Below, piece after piece: positions 40,716 to 53,190 of a DNA stretch of 64,000 nucleotides. The stretch is taken from positions 53,010,001 through 53,074,000 of the forward strand of contig OX597820.1 of assembly GCA_951406725.2 (NCBI GenBank), written 5' to 3'. This stretch comes from Octopus vulgaris. Its lineage: Eukaryota. A program made the translations under genes and the position numbers. Below the pieces are notes generated by a model. The model saw nothing but the letters and a program-made list of their open reading frames with translations. It was not told the DNA's origin and did no database searches. The first letter of the stretch is position 1. Each line of letters starts with the position of its first letter.

Positions 40716-40996
40716 TGTTTAGCCCCTGGTCAATCTTGATTGCGAAGTCATACGCACATAGACGTTATTCCAGCTTTGACCATCTCGTCAAAAAAGTGGT
40801 GGTTAAGCTGCTGTCCATAGTATTGAAGTAGAGTGAGTTGGTTTTGGTTTGTCCTTGGCATTGGTAGTGTTATGGTCAGCGTTGGTATCGGTGATTGTTG
40901 TAAGTGTCGGTGGTGGCGTTGGTGGTGATGATTGCCGTGTTGTTAATGTCGATGGACGTTTTCTTTCGTCGGTGTTGCTACGTTTTGGGATGATTG

Positions 40997-41034
<38 letters not shown>

Positions 41035-41065
41035 TTGATGATTGTACCAGCTATGGTATTGTTGG

Positions 41066-41289
41066 TGCGAGTTGGCAGAACCGTTAGCACGCCGGGCGAA
41101 ATGTGTAGCCGTATTTCGTCTGCCGTTAGGTTCTGAGTTCAAATTCCGCCAAGGCCGACTTGGCCTTTCATCCTTTCGGGGTCGATAAATTAAGTACCAG
41201 TTACGCACTGCGGTCGATGTAATCGACTTAAACCGTTTGTCCTTGTTTGTCCTCTCTGTGTTTAGCCCCTTGTGGGTAGTAAAGAAATA
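41066..41289 (+). mobile_element. SINE family A, long-tail type
   Basis: ggtgcgagttggcagaacc...gccccttgtgggtagtaaagaaata. Confidence 0.92.
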
Positions 41290-41320
41290 GGTATTGTTGG
41301 TGGTGATAGTAATGTTGATG

Positions 41321-41352
<32 letters not shown>

Positions 41353-41617
41353 GGTGGTGCGTGGGCATGAGTGGTACGGTGTTGTTCTTCGTGTTGCTGC
41401 TGTCGGTGCTTTTTACTTGTGGTGGTGGTGGCAGTGAAGTTGCTGAAGGTGAGAAAGTTGTTGGAATTGGTGATAGTTGCAGTGTTGTGTTCATGCTTGT
41501 GGCGACGGCGGCGGCAGCGGCAGTGGTGGTGGCCGCGGCGGTGATAGTGGTGGTAATAGCGGTGGCAGGCAGTGCTGTTGTTGTTTGTTCTGGTGGTGGT
41601 TTGCAGTGTTGTTGTTG

Positions 41618-42088
41618 TTCTTCTTCTTCTTCTTCTTCTTCTTCTTTTCCTTCTTCTTCTTATTTTCCTTCTTCTTTCTTCTTCTTCTTCTTTTTCCTCT
41701 TCTTTCCCTTCTTCTTCTTTTTCCTCTTCTTTCCCTTCTGCTTTTTCCTCTTCTTTCCTTTCTTCTTCTTCTTTCTTCTTCTTTTTCCTCTTCTTTCCTT
41801 TCTTCTTCTTCTTTCTTCTTCTTCCTCCTCCTCCTCCTCCTCCTCCTCTTCTTCCTCCTCCTCCTCCTCCTCCTCTTCTTCTTCTTCTTCTTCTTCTTCT
41901 TCTTCTTCTTCTTCTTCTTCTTCTTCTTCTTCTTCTTCTTCTTCTTCTTCTTCTTCTTCTTCTTCTTCTTCTTCTTCTTCTTCTTCTTCTTCTTCTTCTT
42001 CTTCTTCTTCTTCTTCTTCCTCTTCCTTCTCCTTCTTCTCCTTCTTCTTCTTCTTCTTCTTCTTCTTCTTCTTCTTCTTCTTCTTCTT

Positions 42089-42157
<69 letters not shown>
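41618..42157. repeat. Polypyrimidine (CTT)n/(CCT)n tract followed by (TTA)n
   Basis: About 500 bp of almost purine-free plus strand. Confidence 0.96.
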
Positions 42158-42162
<5 letters not shown>

Positions 42163-42179
42163 TGTTCACGTTGAACTTG

Positions 42180-44050
42180 CTTGTGCTGGCGGTGGTGGTG
42201 ATGGAGGTGATGGAGGTAGTGGCGGTGACAGTGTTGTTGTTGTTGTTGTTGTTGTTGTTTGTTGATGGAGTTGCTGTTGTCGTTTGTCGGTGGGTGTTTT
42301 TGCTATTGTTTTTTTTTCTATGGTGGTTGTGGTGGTGGCGGCGGCGGCGGTGGTGGTAGGGGTTTCTATGTTGATGTTTGTAATGGTGGTGATCTTATTG
42401 GTGATGACTCGGACGTTCTGGCGATGGCGATGGCGATGGCGATGGCGATGGCCACGGCGATGTCTGTGGTAACGGTTTTGATGTTGTTGCTCTTATAGTA
42501 GTAGTAGTAGTAGTTATCATCATTGCTCTTGTTGTTATTGTAGGTGTCGCGGTGTTGATGCTGCTATTGTTAGTGTTGTCAGTAGTTGTGGTGGTGGTGG
42601 TGGTGACGGTAATAGTGGTGGTGGTGGTGTTGTGACAAAGGACATGATGAGTATACCTTAATTGACCAGTTATAAATCAACAGAAATAAATGTGGTTCTG
42701 ATCACGTCCCAGAGATACTAATCACGGCAGATATTGATTGAACACAAAACCGAGATAATAGCGGGTGTCTGGTGGTGGTAGTGCCACTCCTGGTTCTGAT
42801 TAGAGGTTTGTAGTAGTGGTAGTGGTAGTGGTAGTAGCTGTGGTGGTAGTGATGGTGATGGTGGCAGCTGTAGTTGTGGTACTGATGGTGACGATAAAGT
42901 GGTCGACGTGGTAGTGATGGTTTTGATGCTGTTGGTACTGCCCTGCTACTGGTTTTGAAGTTTGTTATTATTATTATTATTGTGGTGGTGGCGGTGGTGG
43001 TGGTGGGTTGCTGCCGTTTTTGTTGTCTGTGGTGGTGATGGTGGTGATAGTGGTGATGGTACTGGGGATGCTGCTGGTGATGATTGTGGTGGTGGTCATC
43101 TTCGTGGTAGTGGTAACGGTGGTGGTGGCGGTAGTGATGGTGGTGTTGACACTGTTGTTGTTGTCTGTTGTGGTGGTGGCGGTGGGGGTGATAGTGGTGG
43201 TGGTGCTGAGGATGCCGGTGGTGATGGTCGTCGTCGTCGTGGTTGTGGTGATGGTGGTAGTGGTAGTGGCGGTGGTGCTGATGGTGGTGGTGGTGGTGGT
43301 GTTGCCACCGTTGTTGCTGTCTGTGGTGGTGGTGGTAGTAGTGGTGGGGGTGATACTGCTGCTGCTGGTGATGGTGTGGTAGTGATGCTAGTGGCGGAGT
43401 TGTTGTTGGTGGTGGTGATGGTAGTTGTGCTGGTAGTAGTAGTAGTGGTGGTTTGAATGGCAGGTTGGGTAAAGGGTATTTAGAGGTTGTTATGGCACTG
43501 GCTGAGGTGGTAGTGTTCGTGTTTGTGTAAGCTGTGTTATTCCTGGTGATGTTAGTAGTTGTAGCGGTGGTGGTGGTGGTGGTGGTTATTGTGTGTGTTG
43601 TGGTAAAAGTATGATAACGGTAGTGATGGTAAGGCAGATGGGGTTAATGCTGCTTGTAGATATATGGTGACTATAATGGTATTGCTGATGCTGTTGGTGG
43701 GGGTATTGGTAGTATTGTTGTTGGTGTTCTTGTGGTGGTGGTGTGGTTGATGGTATCTTAGCAGTGGATGCGTTGGTAGCAGCGTTTGTGGTAGTGAATT
43801 TGTTTTGGAGGAGGAGGAGCTGAAGGGAAAAAGATGAAGAGGAGGTGGTGATAGTAGTTGGTGGTGGTGGTGGTAGTGGTGGTGGTGATGGTAGTGGTAG
43901 TGGTATTTGTGTTGTTGTTGCTGTTGGTGCTGTTGAGGAGGGGTCGTGGTCGTGGTCGTAGTTTATGTGGTGATGGTCATGGTGGGGGCGATCGTTGATT
44001 GGGTTTGAGTGTCGGTGGTTAGGTCGGTAACTGCGAGGGTGATGATTAGA
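42180..44050. repeat. Low-complexity GGT/GAT/GTT-rich region
   Basis: Degenerate trinucleotide repeats with strong G+T skew. Confidence 0.85.
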
Positions 44051-44859
44051 TCTCTAAATGTGGTCTGGGAGGTGAGGTCAGCAAGGTCGATGAGGCGGAT
44101 ATGGACGATGTGAATGATGCAAACAAAGATAGAGTGGTGGTGGTGGTGATGGGGGTAGTGTGCGAATATTGATAAATGTGAGAGAGAGTGAGTGAGAGGA
44201 GGGAGAGACAGCAGCGGAAAGAGAGACAGAGAGAAAAGGGGTAGAAGGAGAGCAAACGTAGTAAGCGAAGATGGACAAAGAATAAGAAGGGAGAGTAAGA
44301 AGAGTAAAGAGGTAGGAAGAAGAGCAAATCTGAATAAATATAAAATTTGTGGACGGGGAAATTTGTGGAGGTTCGCAGGTTCGGAGATAATAAGCGGTAG
44401 AGGACGAACAAATAAAAACGAGAAGGAGAGAGAGAGAGAAAGAGAAGGAGAGAGAGAGAGAAAGAGAAGGAGAGAGAGAGAGAATGATGAATATGCCTGT
44501 ACATACATACATACATGCATTTACACAGCCCACGCCCCTATATATGTGTGTGTGTCAGAGTGTGTGTGACTGTATGTGTGTGTACACACACACACACACA
44601 CACATATATATGTAGGTACGCACACATATATATAATCTGTGTATGTATATATATATATATGTATACGCACATATGTTTATCTATGTGTGTGTGTATGTAT
44701 GTATGTATGTATGCATGTATGTATGTATGTATGTATGTATGCATGTACTTATATACTTATTACAGTCATAGAGGCCATACTGGGGCACTGCCTGAAAGGA
44801 TTTAAGAGATCAAATAGATTCAAGTGTTTATTTTGTAAAGCGTGGTACTTAACCTGCAG

Positions 44860-44928
<69 letters not shown>

Positions 44929-45514
44929 GTATTAGTATTATTATTTTCTCAATTTTAAACAAACACTGGTTGTCAAGTTAGGAAAGATAAACACAAAATC
45001 AAGGAAGTGCATACAAAAACGTATAAACCGCGTAGACACAGTGCAAATTTATATGTGTATCTATAAAACACACATACTGACAAACGCACACACACACACA
45101 CACACACACACACGGGCATATACGACGGGCTTCCGAGCATTTTCAGCTTTTAGTCCGGGTCGAAATTAGAGGATATATTTGGCTTGGGTGCCAAGCATTG
45201 AACTGAACCCAAAATGTGCGTATTTAAAAACTAAACTTCTTTTATCCACAGACTGTAATACACCTGTATGTACGTGTTTCTGCGTGAGTGAGCACATATA
45301 CTATGATATATATATATGTCTATATATACATATCCTGTTCCACGTCTCTGTCCTTCTGTTGTAACAAAATGGCTTTTCCGTTTTCGTTTCTGTTGAGTTT
45401 TACGTCTTTTTGTGGTGTCCTGTACGTATATATATTTATATATGCATGTATATATACATGTAGATGTCGGTACGTAGATATATGTTTGTATGTATGCATA
45501 TAATTTATTTATTA

Positions 45515-45579
<65 letters not shown>

Positions 45580-45671
45580 GTCCCGGGTTGATTCGGGGTT
45601 AACCACAGTAAATAAGGTACTCAATACATAGCAGAGTAAAATTAATTTATTTAATTTATTATATATATATA

Positions 45672-45725
<54 letters not shown>

Positions 45726-46010
45726 GCATATATGGGTACATGACATAAAAAATCCTGGAACACAATGAGAAGCGAAAACATAAAATACAAAAACAGAGAA
45801 ACGAGACATGCAACATAAATATTCCCTTTCATCAGTTGCCCCTGTTTCATCTACTTCACTTTTTCGAAGGTAAGGACAACAAGCGACTTCGTGAAACAGT
45901 CCTTCCCGCAAAGCAAATTAAATAAAATTTGGGATTTTTTGCGGAAAGTGAAAGTGGCAACAAGAACAGAACATTGAGAGCAAGACAGTAAAAGCTGTTG
46001 CTCTCGGTAC

Positions 46011-46431
46011 ATATTTTGGTAATGGACTTGATTGACCTGAAGAGATCGTTGTCAATCATGGCCCGGATGTTACCAACAAATTCAAGTGTTCTTTTCTTAT
46101 CAGAACGACCTGAGTGAGTTTTCCGAGCTGCCATACCTTCGTAACCACCATTAGATTCATCCAACTCTTTCTGAATCCTCTGCACTGTCCTCAGATTTAC
46201 ACTCAAACACTCTGAAATGTTCGTATTGGAGTTTCCAGCGTAAATAACAAGCAGTGCAGTATGTCGTTTCTAAATTTCTGGCAGAAGGAATTGCGTCATG
46301 GTGCTGTTTTTCTCACAGCCGGTGCCCAACTGCACCTACTATACTGTGTAGTTGCCAAAATCGAAAACACACAATGCACATGCATGAAATCAAAATTATA
46401 AAAGTGTGACAATTTACCCATCACAGCGTGT
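46011..46431 (-). mobile_element. Tc1/mariner 5' fragment (TIR plus HTH N-terminus)
   Basis: VNLRTVQRIQKELDES...RSDKKRTLEFVGNIRAMIDND..RSI; terminal tacacgctgtgatgggtaaattgtcac on the minus strand. Confidence 0.8.
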
Positions 46432-47191
46432 ATGTGTGTATGTGCATGTGTGTGTATGTGCATGTGTGTGTATGTGTGTACGCGCGTGTGTGTGTATGTG
46501 TGTGTGAATGTGTGTGTGTGTATATGTGTGTGTGAATGTATGTGTGTTTGTGTTTGTGTGTGTGTGTTCTATGCTTCTGCGATGTATAAATTAATAGATT
46601 GTTTTCTTAAATGACAATATAATGAGTGAAACGAAAATAAATTTCTACGAGAGGACATCGCGCTTAGTAAATCGATAAAAGAAAATTGGGAAGAAAAGAA
46701 AAAGTATACACATATGTATGGAAGAAAATACTAATGAAAAGAATCAAATGTAGAAGTATATAGTTTTATCGTAATGTATTTCGTAATTGCAGTAAATATG
46801 GCTAGCTGAAGGGAAACCTTGTTGTTCACTTGAAAAGACAGACATTAAAAAATACCAATTAAAGTAAACGGGATATAACCACATACGACTACAAAAGAAT
46901 AATATGGCGAATACACAAACTTAGATAGCAATAACTAATGCGCCACTACTAATAACACCAACTCAACCGTTGCTGATGTCGCAAACCATCTGTCGACTCC
47001 AGACAAACAAATCATGCAAGATATATGCTACGTAAGTCATTGCATCATTTCCCAAGTAATTTATCCAAGAAAAGACGAACAGAAAAGTGATACAAATCTG
47101 TTTTTCAAAAACTCGTTTAGATGAGACAATAAGTCACCAAAAGAAGTTGTAGATTGTCATTTCTTTCTCGACCTGTGGCAAAACATCCTTC

Positions 47192-47410
47192 TACGAGGGG
47201 ATGCTGAAAATGTTCTGGCTTTAAGGGTTGCGAAAGTCCTGGTTGGAGGCCCAGCCTTCCCAGTTCTTTTACAGGGCTTAGAAAAACTGAAGGGACGCTG
47301 CAATAACTGCGTGAATCTGAAAGAGGAATATGTTGAATAAAATCATAATTCACTGATCCCCCTGTATTTTCTTTTACCCAAAATCAGTAGGTTTTCAGCA
47401 GCCCCTCGTA
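47192..47410 (+). mobile_element. Mariner-derived MITE
   Basis: TIRs tacgaggggatgctgaaaa / ttttcagcagcccctcgta; internal transposase C-terminus GLEKLKGRCNNCVNLKEEYVE*. Confidence 0.9.
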
Positions 47411-48202
47411 TTTTACCTTTTGTCCATTGCCTCAAATTTGCGATGCATCTTGATCACTAAATTACACTAAGAAAATCTGTAACAAGTTTCCGCATTTTTA
47501 CTATTACAAATGATCTATAAATGTAGCAGAAGATATCCAGGCTATGCTTTCATTTTCTTCACTAACTATTAATTGGATATAATAGGTAACAAGCTGAACT
47601 TAACAATAAGAGAGAAACTAAATATACAATATAAATCCTTCTTCTGCTAATTTTTGTAATACCCAAAGTTCTTCTGCTCATTCTTGTAATACCAAAGACT
47701 TCACTCAGCTTTCGACCCGCGAATCCTCGACTGCTAGCTTCCGCTGGCAAACAACATGTTGTCCAAACAATGAAGCGCTAGTCTGCCACTAACTCTATAT
47801 AAATATCGCCTGAATCACATATTTACAAACTTCGATTAGAGCAGTAAATCTACATGTAGAAACTCAACAAGCCAAATATCTGAAGATGCGATCATAAATA
47901 GTGAGATAGATAAGGATGCTCATACCTGCAGTCATTTATGGTTTATTTGCAAACCAAAGTGTATAAGAAAACTGTATAAAACGAAAAAAAGAACCTTCAA
48001 ATTTCTCGCTTTTTATAACCTTCACAGTTCACAGGTTATTCTTAATGAGAAGTTTATCTATTTTACATTTCTCGACTTAAAGAAATTACCAAATGGTGCT
48101 TTGTCTACTTAAGCGCCTATTTCAGACACTTTCTCTGTTTAAGGGAATTAAACTGGGAAACGTCTTTTGGTACCGTATGCTTATGAAAGTGTAGGTATTA
48201 AT

Positions 48203-48386
48203 CAGGGCTTAGAAAAACTGAAGGAACGCTGCAATAAGTGTGTGAATCTGAGAGGGGAATATGTTGAATAAAATCATAATTCGCTGATTCTCCTGTATTT
48301 TCTTTTATCCAAAATCAGGAAGTTTTCAGCAGCTTCTCGTATTTATTTTACCTTTTGCCCATTGCCACAAATTTTCGATGCATCTT
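48203..48386 (+). repeat. Diverged duplicate of 47272-47451 (MITE 3' part plus flank)
   Basis: Similarity extends ~40 bp beyond the TIR. Confidence 0.85.
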
Positions 48387-48861
48387 ACTCTCTCACTTTA
48401 CGGTCGTGTTCTGTGATTTTTTTTCACTGCGATTTAGCGATTAGATTCTCTGGAGGAAATTTAAAGAATCTGTCTTCTTACTTGTATAAAATAAATACTT
48501 ATCAGTAATGAAGACTATCTTTTTGTGTGAAAGAGGTGGTAGTAGAGTGACCACGAAGAGACATCTTCAGTAATTGGAGAGTAGCTATGTTCAACACTTC
48601 TTGTACTGTCTTGATATTCCTTGGAGAAAACAAAATGTATTTAAGTCATCACCACCTCATACCGAAATTTATTTACTGGAATGTGTTGAAGAGAAATGAA
48701 TGCTGTTGTTACTGCAATGTTGTATGGCCAATGAAATAAAGTACCAGTCAAGTACCGCAAGTGATATAACCGATATTATACCTCTAATCAAATTCCCGAA
48801 AATGAGGCCTTGTACCCGTTAAAAAAATCATTATTATTATTATCCTTATTATTATTATTAA

Positions 48862-48912
<51 letters not shown>

Positions 48913-49445
48913 GTTCGTCGTTGCGTCGCCTCTGCGATGTAATGCCAAAAGCTTGTCTGCAGTAGTAGGTGAGATGAGGAGCAAGCGAGTGAAAAGAATG
49001 AAGTCAAGAAAGAAAAAAAAAGGAAATGAAAACAAATTATAGCATCTTCAGAAAACACTGGCCTGTGTAGCAGAATAAGTAAGCGTAAGATGCTTGAGAA
49101 GGTAGGGATTGCACGAATTATTAGAGTTGAAATTAATAAAGCAACCTGTCAAATTCAGATAACTCTACTCTACATCTTTTCCCCTTCCATCCTTTCTCTT
49201 CCAGGGTATGTCTATATATCTACCCTCCTGTATATCTTTGCCTCTCCTCCCTCTGTATATGTGTTTATGTACATTCACAGATACACACACATGCGCCCAC
49301 ACACACGCACATACACATTACCACATATACATTACCTAATGTATAAATAATATTAATATGCGTATATATATGCATCATCTATATACATGTACATATTATC
49401 TATCTATCAATCTCTCTCTCTCTCTCTCTCTGTATATATATATAT

Positions 49446-49502
<57 letters not shown>

Positions 49503-49959
49503 GATAGATAGATAGATAGATAGATAGACAGATAGATAGAGGGAGAAAGAGAGAAGTTTGTGTGTGTGTATATGTATCTCTGTAATTATATGTACCTCTT
49601 TCTGTAAATCGCTCTCTCTTTCTCTCTCACCTAACATTTTACTACATATACGCCTGTGAATATTTATGAAGTTTTACCAATGACAAAAATCTGCTGTTCC
49701 ACTCAACGCCACAAATTACCAATAATCTAGATTTCTTCTAAACCAGTACCTTTTAATTTTTCATTTTCTTTTCTAAAACTACATCCGCATTCCTTACGTT
49801 CATATCCTGCATCACACCTTTTTCTCAGCCTTTCAATATTTGTTTTCTTCCCTCCCTCCCTCCGTCCTCTCTCTCTCTCTCTCACTCTCATTCTCTCTCT
49901 CTCTCTCACCCTCTCTCTTATGTTAGAGCTCTGATTACTAAAAACTAAAACGTCAAGAA

Positions 49960-50330
49960 CCCCTCATTACAAGGAACTTCAACATAACTACCAACTCTTT
50001 CTTGCACTCCGCTGTAACCATTTTCGTCATCTTGATTTTCTCCGTTTGCTTTATCCGAGTACTCTAGTTTCGTTCTTTTTGGCTCTATAATCTCCAAGTA
50101 AAACCATTTCCTCGATTCTTTTAATTAAGTCTCACCCATGCCCTGCATTGTAAGCTTCACTACCAGAAAGACCACCAACAGCAATACCAATATAACCATC
50201 CTCTTTCTCCCCTCATGTTGATCAACATCAACAGAATCATCATCTTATTTTTCCTTCGGTTACATATTGTTTTACCACTTCTCCATTTCCGTATCCCTTC
50301 ATTTAAGTAGTTTAGACTTTCTTTTAGCGA
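49960..50330 (-). mobile_element. Decayed LINE APE endonuclease fragment
   Basis: Minus strand EEMVLLGDYRAK (GDFNAK-like) and GENQDDENG (N.NG motif). Confidence 0.5.
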
Positions 50331-50959
50331 TTTTAATTATTTGGATGTCAAACATTGTCAGTAACTCTGCGCTAGCGTTTCAGTTCCATAATTCAAGAGC
50401 TTAGTAGAAATATCCTGATTGTAATAACTATATATGGATAGTTTATTTAGATGAAACTCATTGAACTTTAATGGTCGTTGTCGCACGCATTTCAAGTTTC
50501 CACTTATTTCGAAGACTATATTTCGTTTTAAAAATGGCCAATTATTTTCCCTCCGATTATAACCACCAGAGCTACATATTCACCTTGAAGCAATGAACGG
50601 GAAACACTAAACTATGAAAGACGCTTCTGCATTTCCTTGCTAAAAGCAAGACGGAAAGAAAATAAACGAAGGGAAAAAACTTACAAAAGAAGCAACACTC
50701 GCAAAGGGAAGTCGAGTGAAAAGTGTGAAGAGAAGGCATTTCCTCACAACTGGAACTGTATGAAATTCACAGTTCTTTGCACAAAAGGAAAAGGACTTCT
50801 AAAACTACTGAATGAAGTGGAAGAGGAACAATGAACTAACACTTGCAAGTTACTGATAGAATAGGATATGGCCTTCTATTTTTGGAACATTAGATTGATA
50901 AATAGTTGAAGAAAGATCTGAAATGCATTGCAACTGACGTGATTAGCCATCAACCAGTT

Positions 50960-51800
50960 CTTCATGGAAAAGCACAGCTACTCCGTTGTCAGAACTAAGG
51001 TGTATGCTCGAAACTATGATAGGAAAACCGTTCTTTGGGTAAGAAAAGGAGAGGTGAAACGTAGTCAGAAAGCCACACTTCGGTTTTTGATAGATCATAA
51101 TGGGTGCAGGTTTCTCGACTCCTAGCAGACGTGCGTGTGTGTAGCTTGTCAGCAGAACTTTGCTCGACTTTCGAGAAGAGTGGCGAGTGGGAAGCAATGA
51201 TTGATTTCAGTTCTTAACTCGAAGACCTATCATGAACTAGCAAGAGTGTCGGAGTGTGGCGAAAAATTCATATGATCGGCAAAAATACATGAGTCGGTAG
51301 CTGGCTGTACGAAGAGCAAATCGCCTAATTTGGGTCGTCTGCCCAACGAGACTTGAATATGCGAGACTTGTTTGGATATGAGAGCGGTGGGGTAGCCGAG
51401 AAAGAGGGAATCACATTGGTAGTTTACAGCCCATATTGCTATTAAACACAGATTTCAAAACTTTGGCCAAGTTATTTGCAAAGATCGTGGCACTTATAGT
51501 GGATTATTTTGTTAAAGCACAAATGCGCACCATCAGGTATAGATGTATTTGCAACAATTCCCACCTAATGTGATACACCATACAATTGAAGTCGATAAAT
51601 CATTTAAGAGTTGTACCTAACAATAATATTTTCTTGATATATACATGTTTGGTGATGTTGCTGGTTATGATCATTTGTGTCATTCTCTGAGAATCTTGTG
51701 GTGTTCATTTCTACCACGTCATTTCTGTGAAAATTTAAAAATACTACTCGAATTTCCGCTGTATGGAATTTACAATTACTTGCCAATTTTTAAACATCCT
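50960..51800 (+). mobile_element. Decayed L1/Tx1-like RT fragment
   Basis: IGSLQPILLLNTDFKTLAKLFAK..AQMRTIRYRCICNNSHLM, resembling RPITLLNTD.KILAK..Q...GR.I.DN. Confidence 0.65.
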
Positions 51801-51880
51801 TCAGTAATTTCTGCTGCATTAAAAATTACTTTAGTTTCTCGCGTTAAGGCTTTGACCAAAACCAATAATGATGATAGTGA

Positions 51881-51936
<56 letters not shown>

Positions 51937-51956
51937 TGATGATGATGATGATGATG

Positions 51957-52013
<57 letters not shown>

Positions 52014-52039
52014 TTAATAATAATAATAATAATTATAAT

Positions 52040-52331
52040 ATCAAGGGGAATATAAATCAGAAGGCATCAAGGGGAATATAAAGGAAATTGGAATAGAGTG
52101 CCCAGTAGAATTATTACAAAAGGTTTGCTTCCTTGAATCGACCAAAATTATCAGGAAAGCATTAGATAGCTGAAAAGAATAGACAGCATGGTACTGTAGG
52201 CTGCATTTCGCAAACCCGCTACACATGTATGACTCCAGGAGCTCCACAGCATGGTACTGTAGGCTGCAGTTCGCAAACTCGCTACGCATGTAAGACTCCA
52301 GGATCTCCAACAATACTTGTGATAAGAGAAA
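52040..52331 (+). mobile_element. R4/Dong 3' end in (TAA)n with a 60-bp tandem duplication in the 3'UTR
   Basis: GNIKEIGIECPVELLQKVCFLESTKIIRKALDS*; acagcatggtactgtaggctgca occurs twice; TAA flanks. Confidence 0.8.
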
Positions 52332-52351
52332 TAATAATAATAACGATAACA

Positions 52352-52530
52352 TGGTTTCAAGTTTTAGCACAAGGCCAGTAGTTTGAGGGGAGGGGTTAAG
52401 TTGATTACATCGACCTCAGTGCTAAATTGGTACTTATTTTATCTATTCCGAAAGGGATTAAAGGGAAAGTCGACTTCGGTGGAATTTGAACTCAGAATCT
52501 AAAGACGGACGAAATGCCGCTAAGCATTAC
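52352..52530 (-). mobile_element. SINE family A, short-tail type
   Basis: Reverse complement of the family A body. Confidence 0.85.
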
Positions 52531-52974
52531 CCCTGTAATGATGATGGTGATGATCTTAGTAAACGAAGATTAAAAAATGAAAAAAAAAACACACCAAAAA
52601 TACAAAGCTGAAACTAGCATATCTGCGATTTGCAAAGCCTTCCTCAAAATCACACCGACCGTCGTCTTAAATGAATGTCACTTTGGATAGTGTAATTTAT
52701 ATATATTAAAATATAGTCACATCTCAAATGCCTTTGATTAAAATATGCTCGCTCAGGGTTCACGTTGGGTTAAGCACAAGTATCAGTTGGTCTGTATTTC
52801 ATCTGTGCTCTATGGAGTATTTTGAGTGCTGATAGATCAGAACATAAGTGGTGACAGGTGTTTTATTTTAATGACTATTGTGTGGAGTATTTGCGTGGTT
52901 TGCACTTCAGTGTCATGTGACAATTGGATTATGAGTGGGTGACTTTTATTATATATTTTATTGCTGTGGATTAA

Positions 52975-53190
52975 AGCGGCGAACTGGCAGAATCGTTTAA
53001 ACGCCGGGCCAAAAATACTTATCAACATTTTTGTCTCTCTTTATGTTCTGAATTCAAATTTACCCGAAGTCGGATTTACCATTCATCCTTTTGGGAACGA
53101 TGAAATAAGTACCAGTTAAGTACTGGGGTCGATGTAATTGCCTGAAACCATCTCCTCAAATTTGCTGGCCTTGATCCAAATCTTAAAACC
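52975..53190 (+). mobile_element. SINE family A, diverged
   Basis: gcggcgaactggcagaatcg...aagtactggggtcgatgtaat. Confidence 0.85.

Noticed and set aside
45780-45900. Minus-strand GAAA...CTGATGA as a type II hammerhead
   Set aside because: Stems I and III and a UH cleavage site cannot be formed in this copy
50637-50900. Lys-rich 65-aa ORF as a gene
   Set aside because: More likely a decayed LINE endonuclease N-terminus, and too degraded to call
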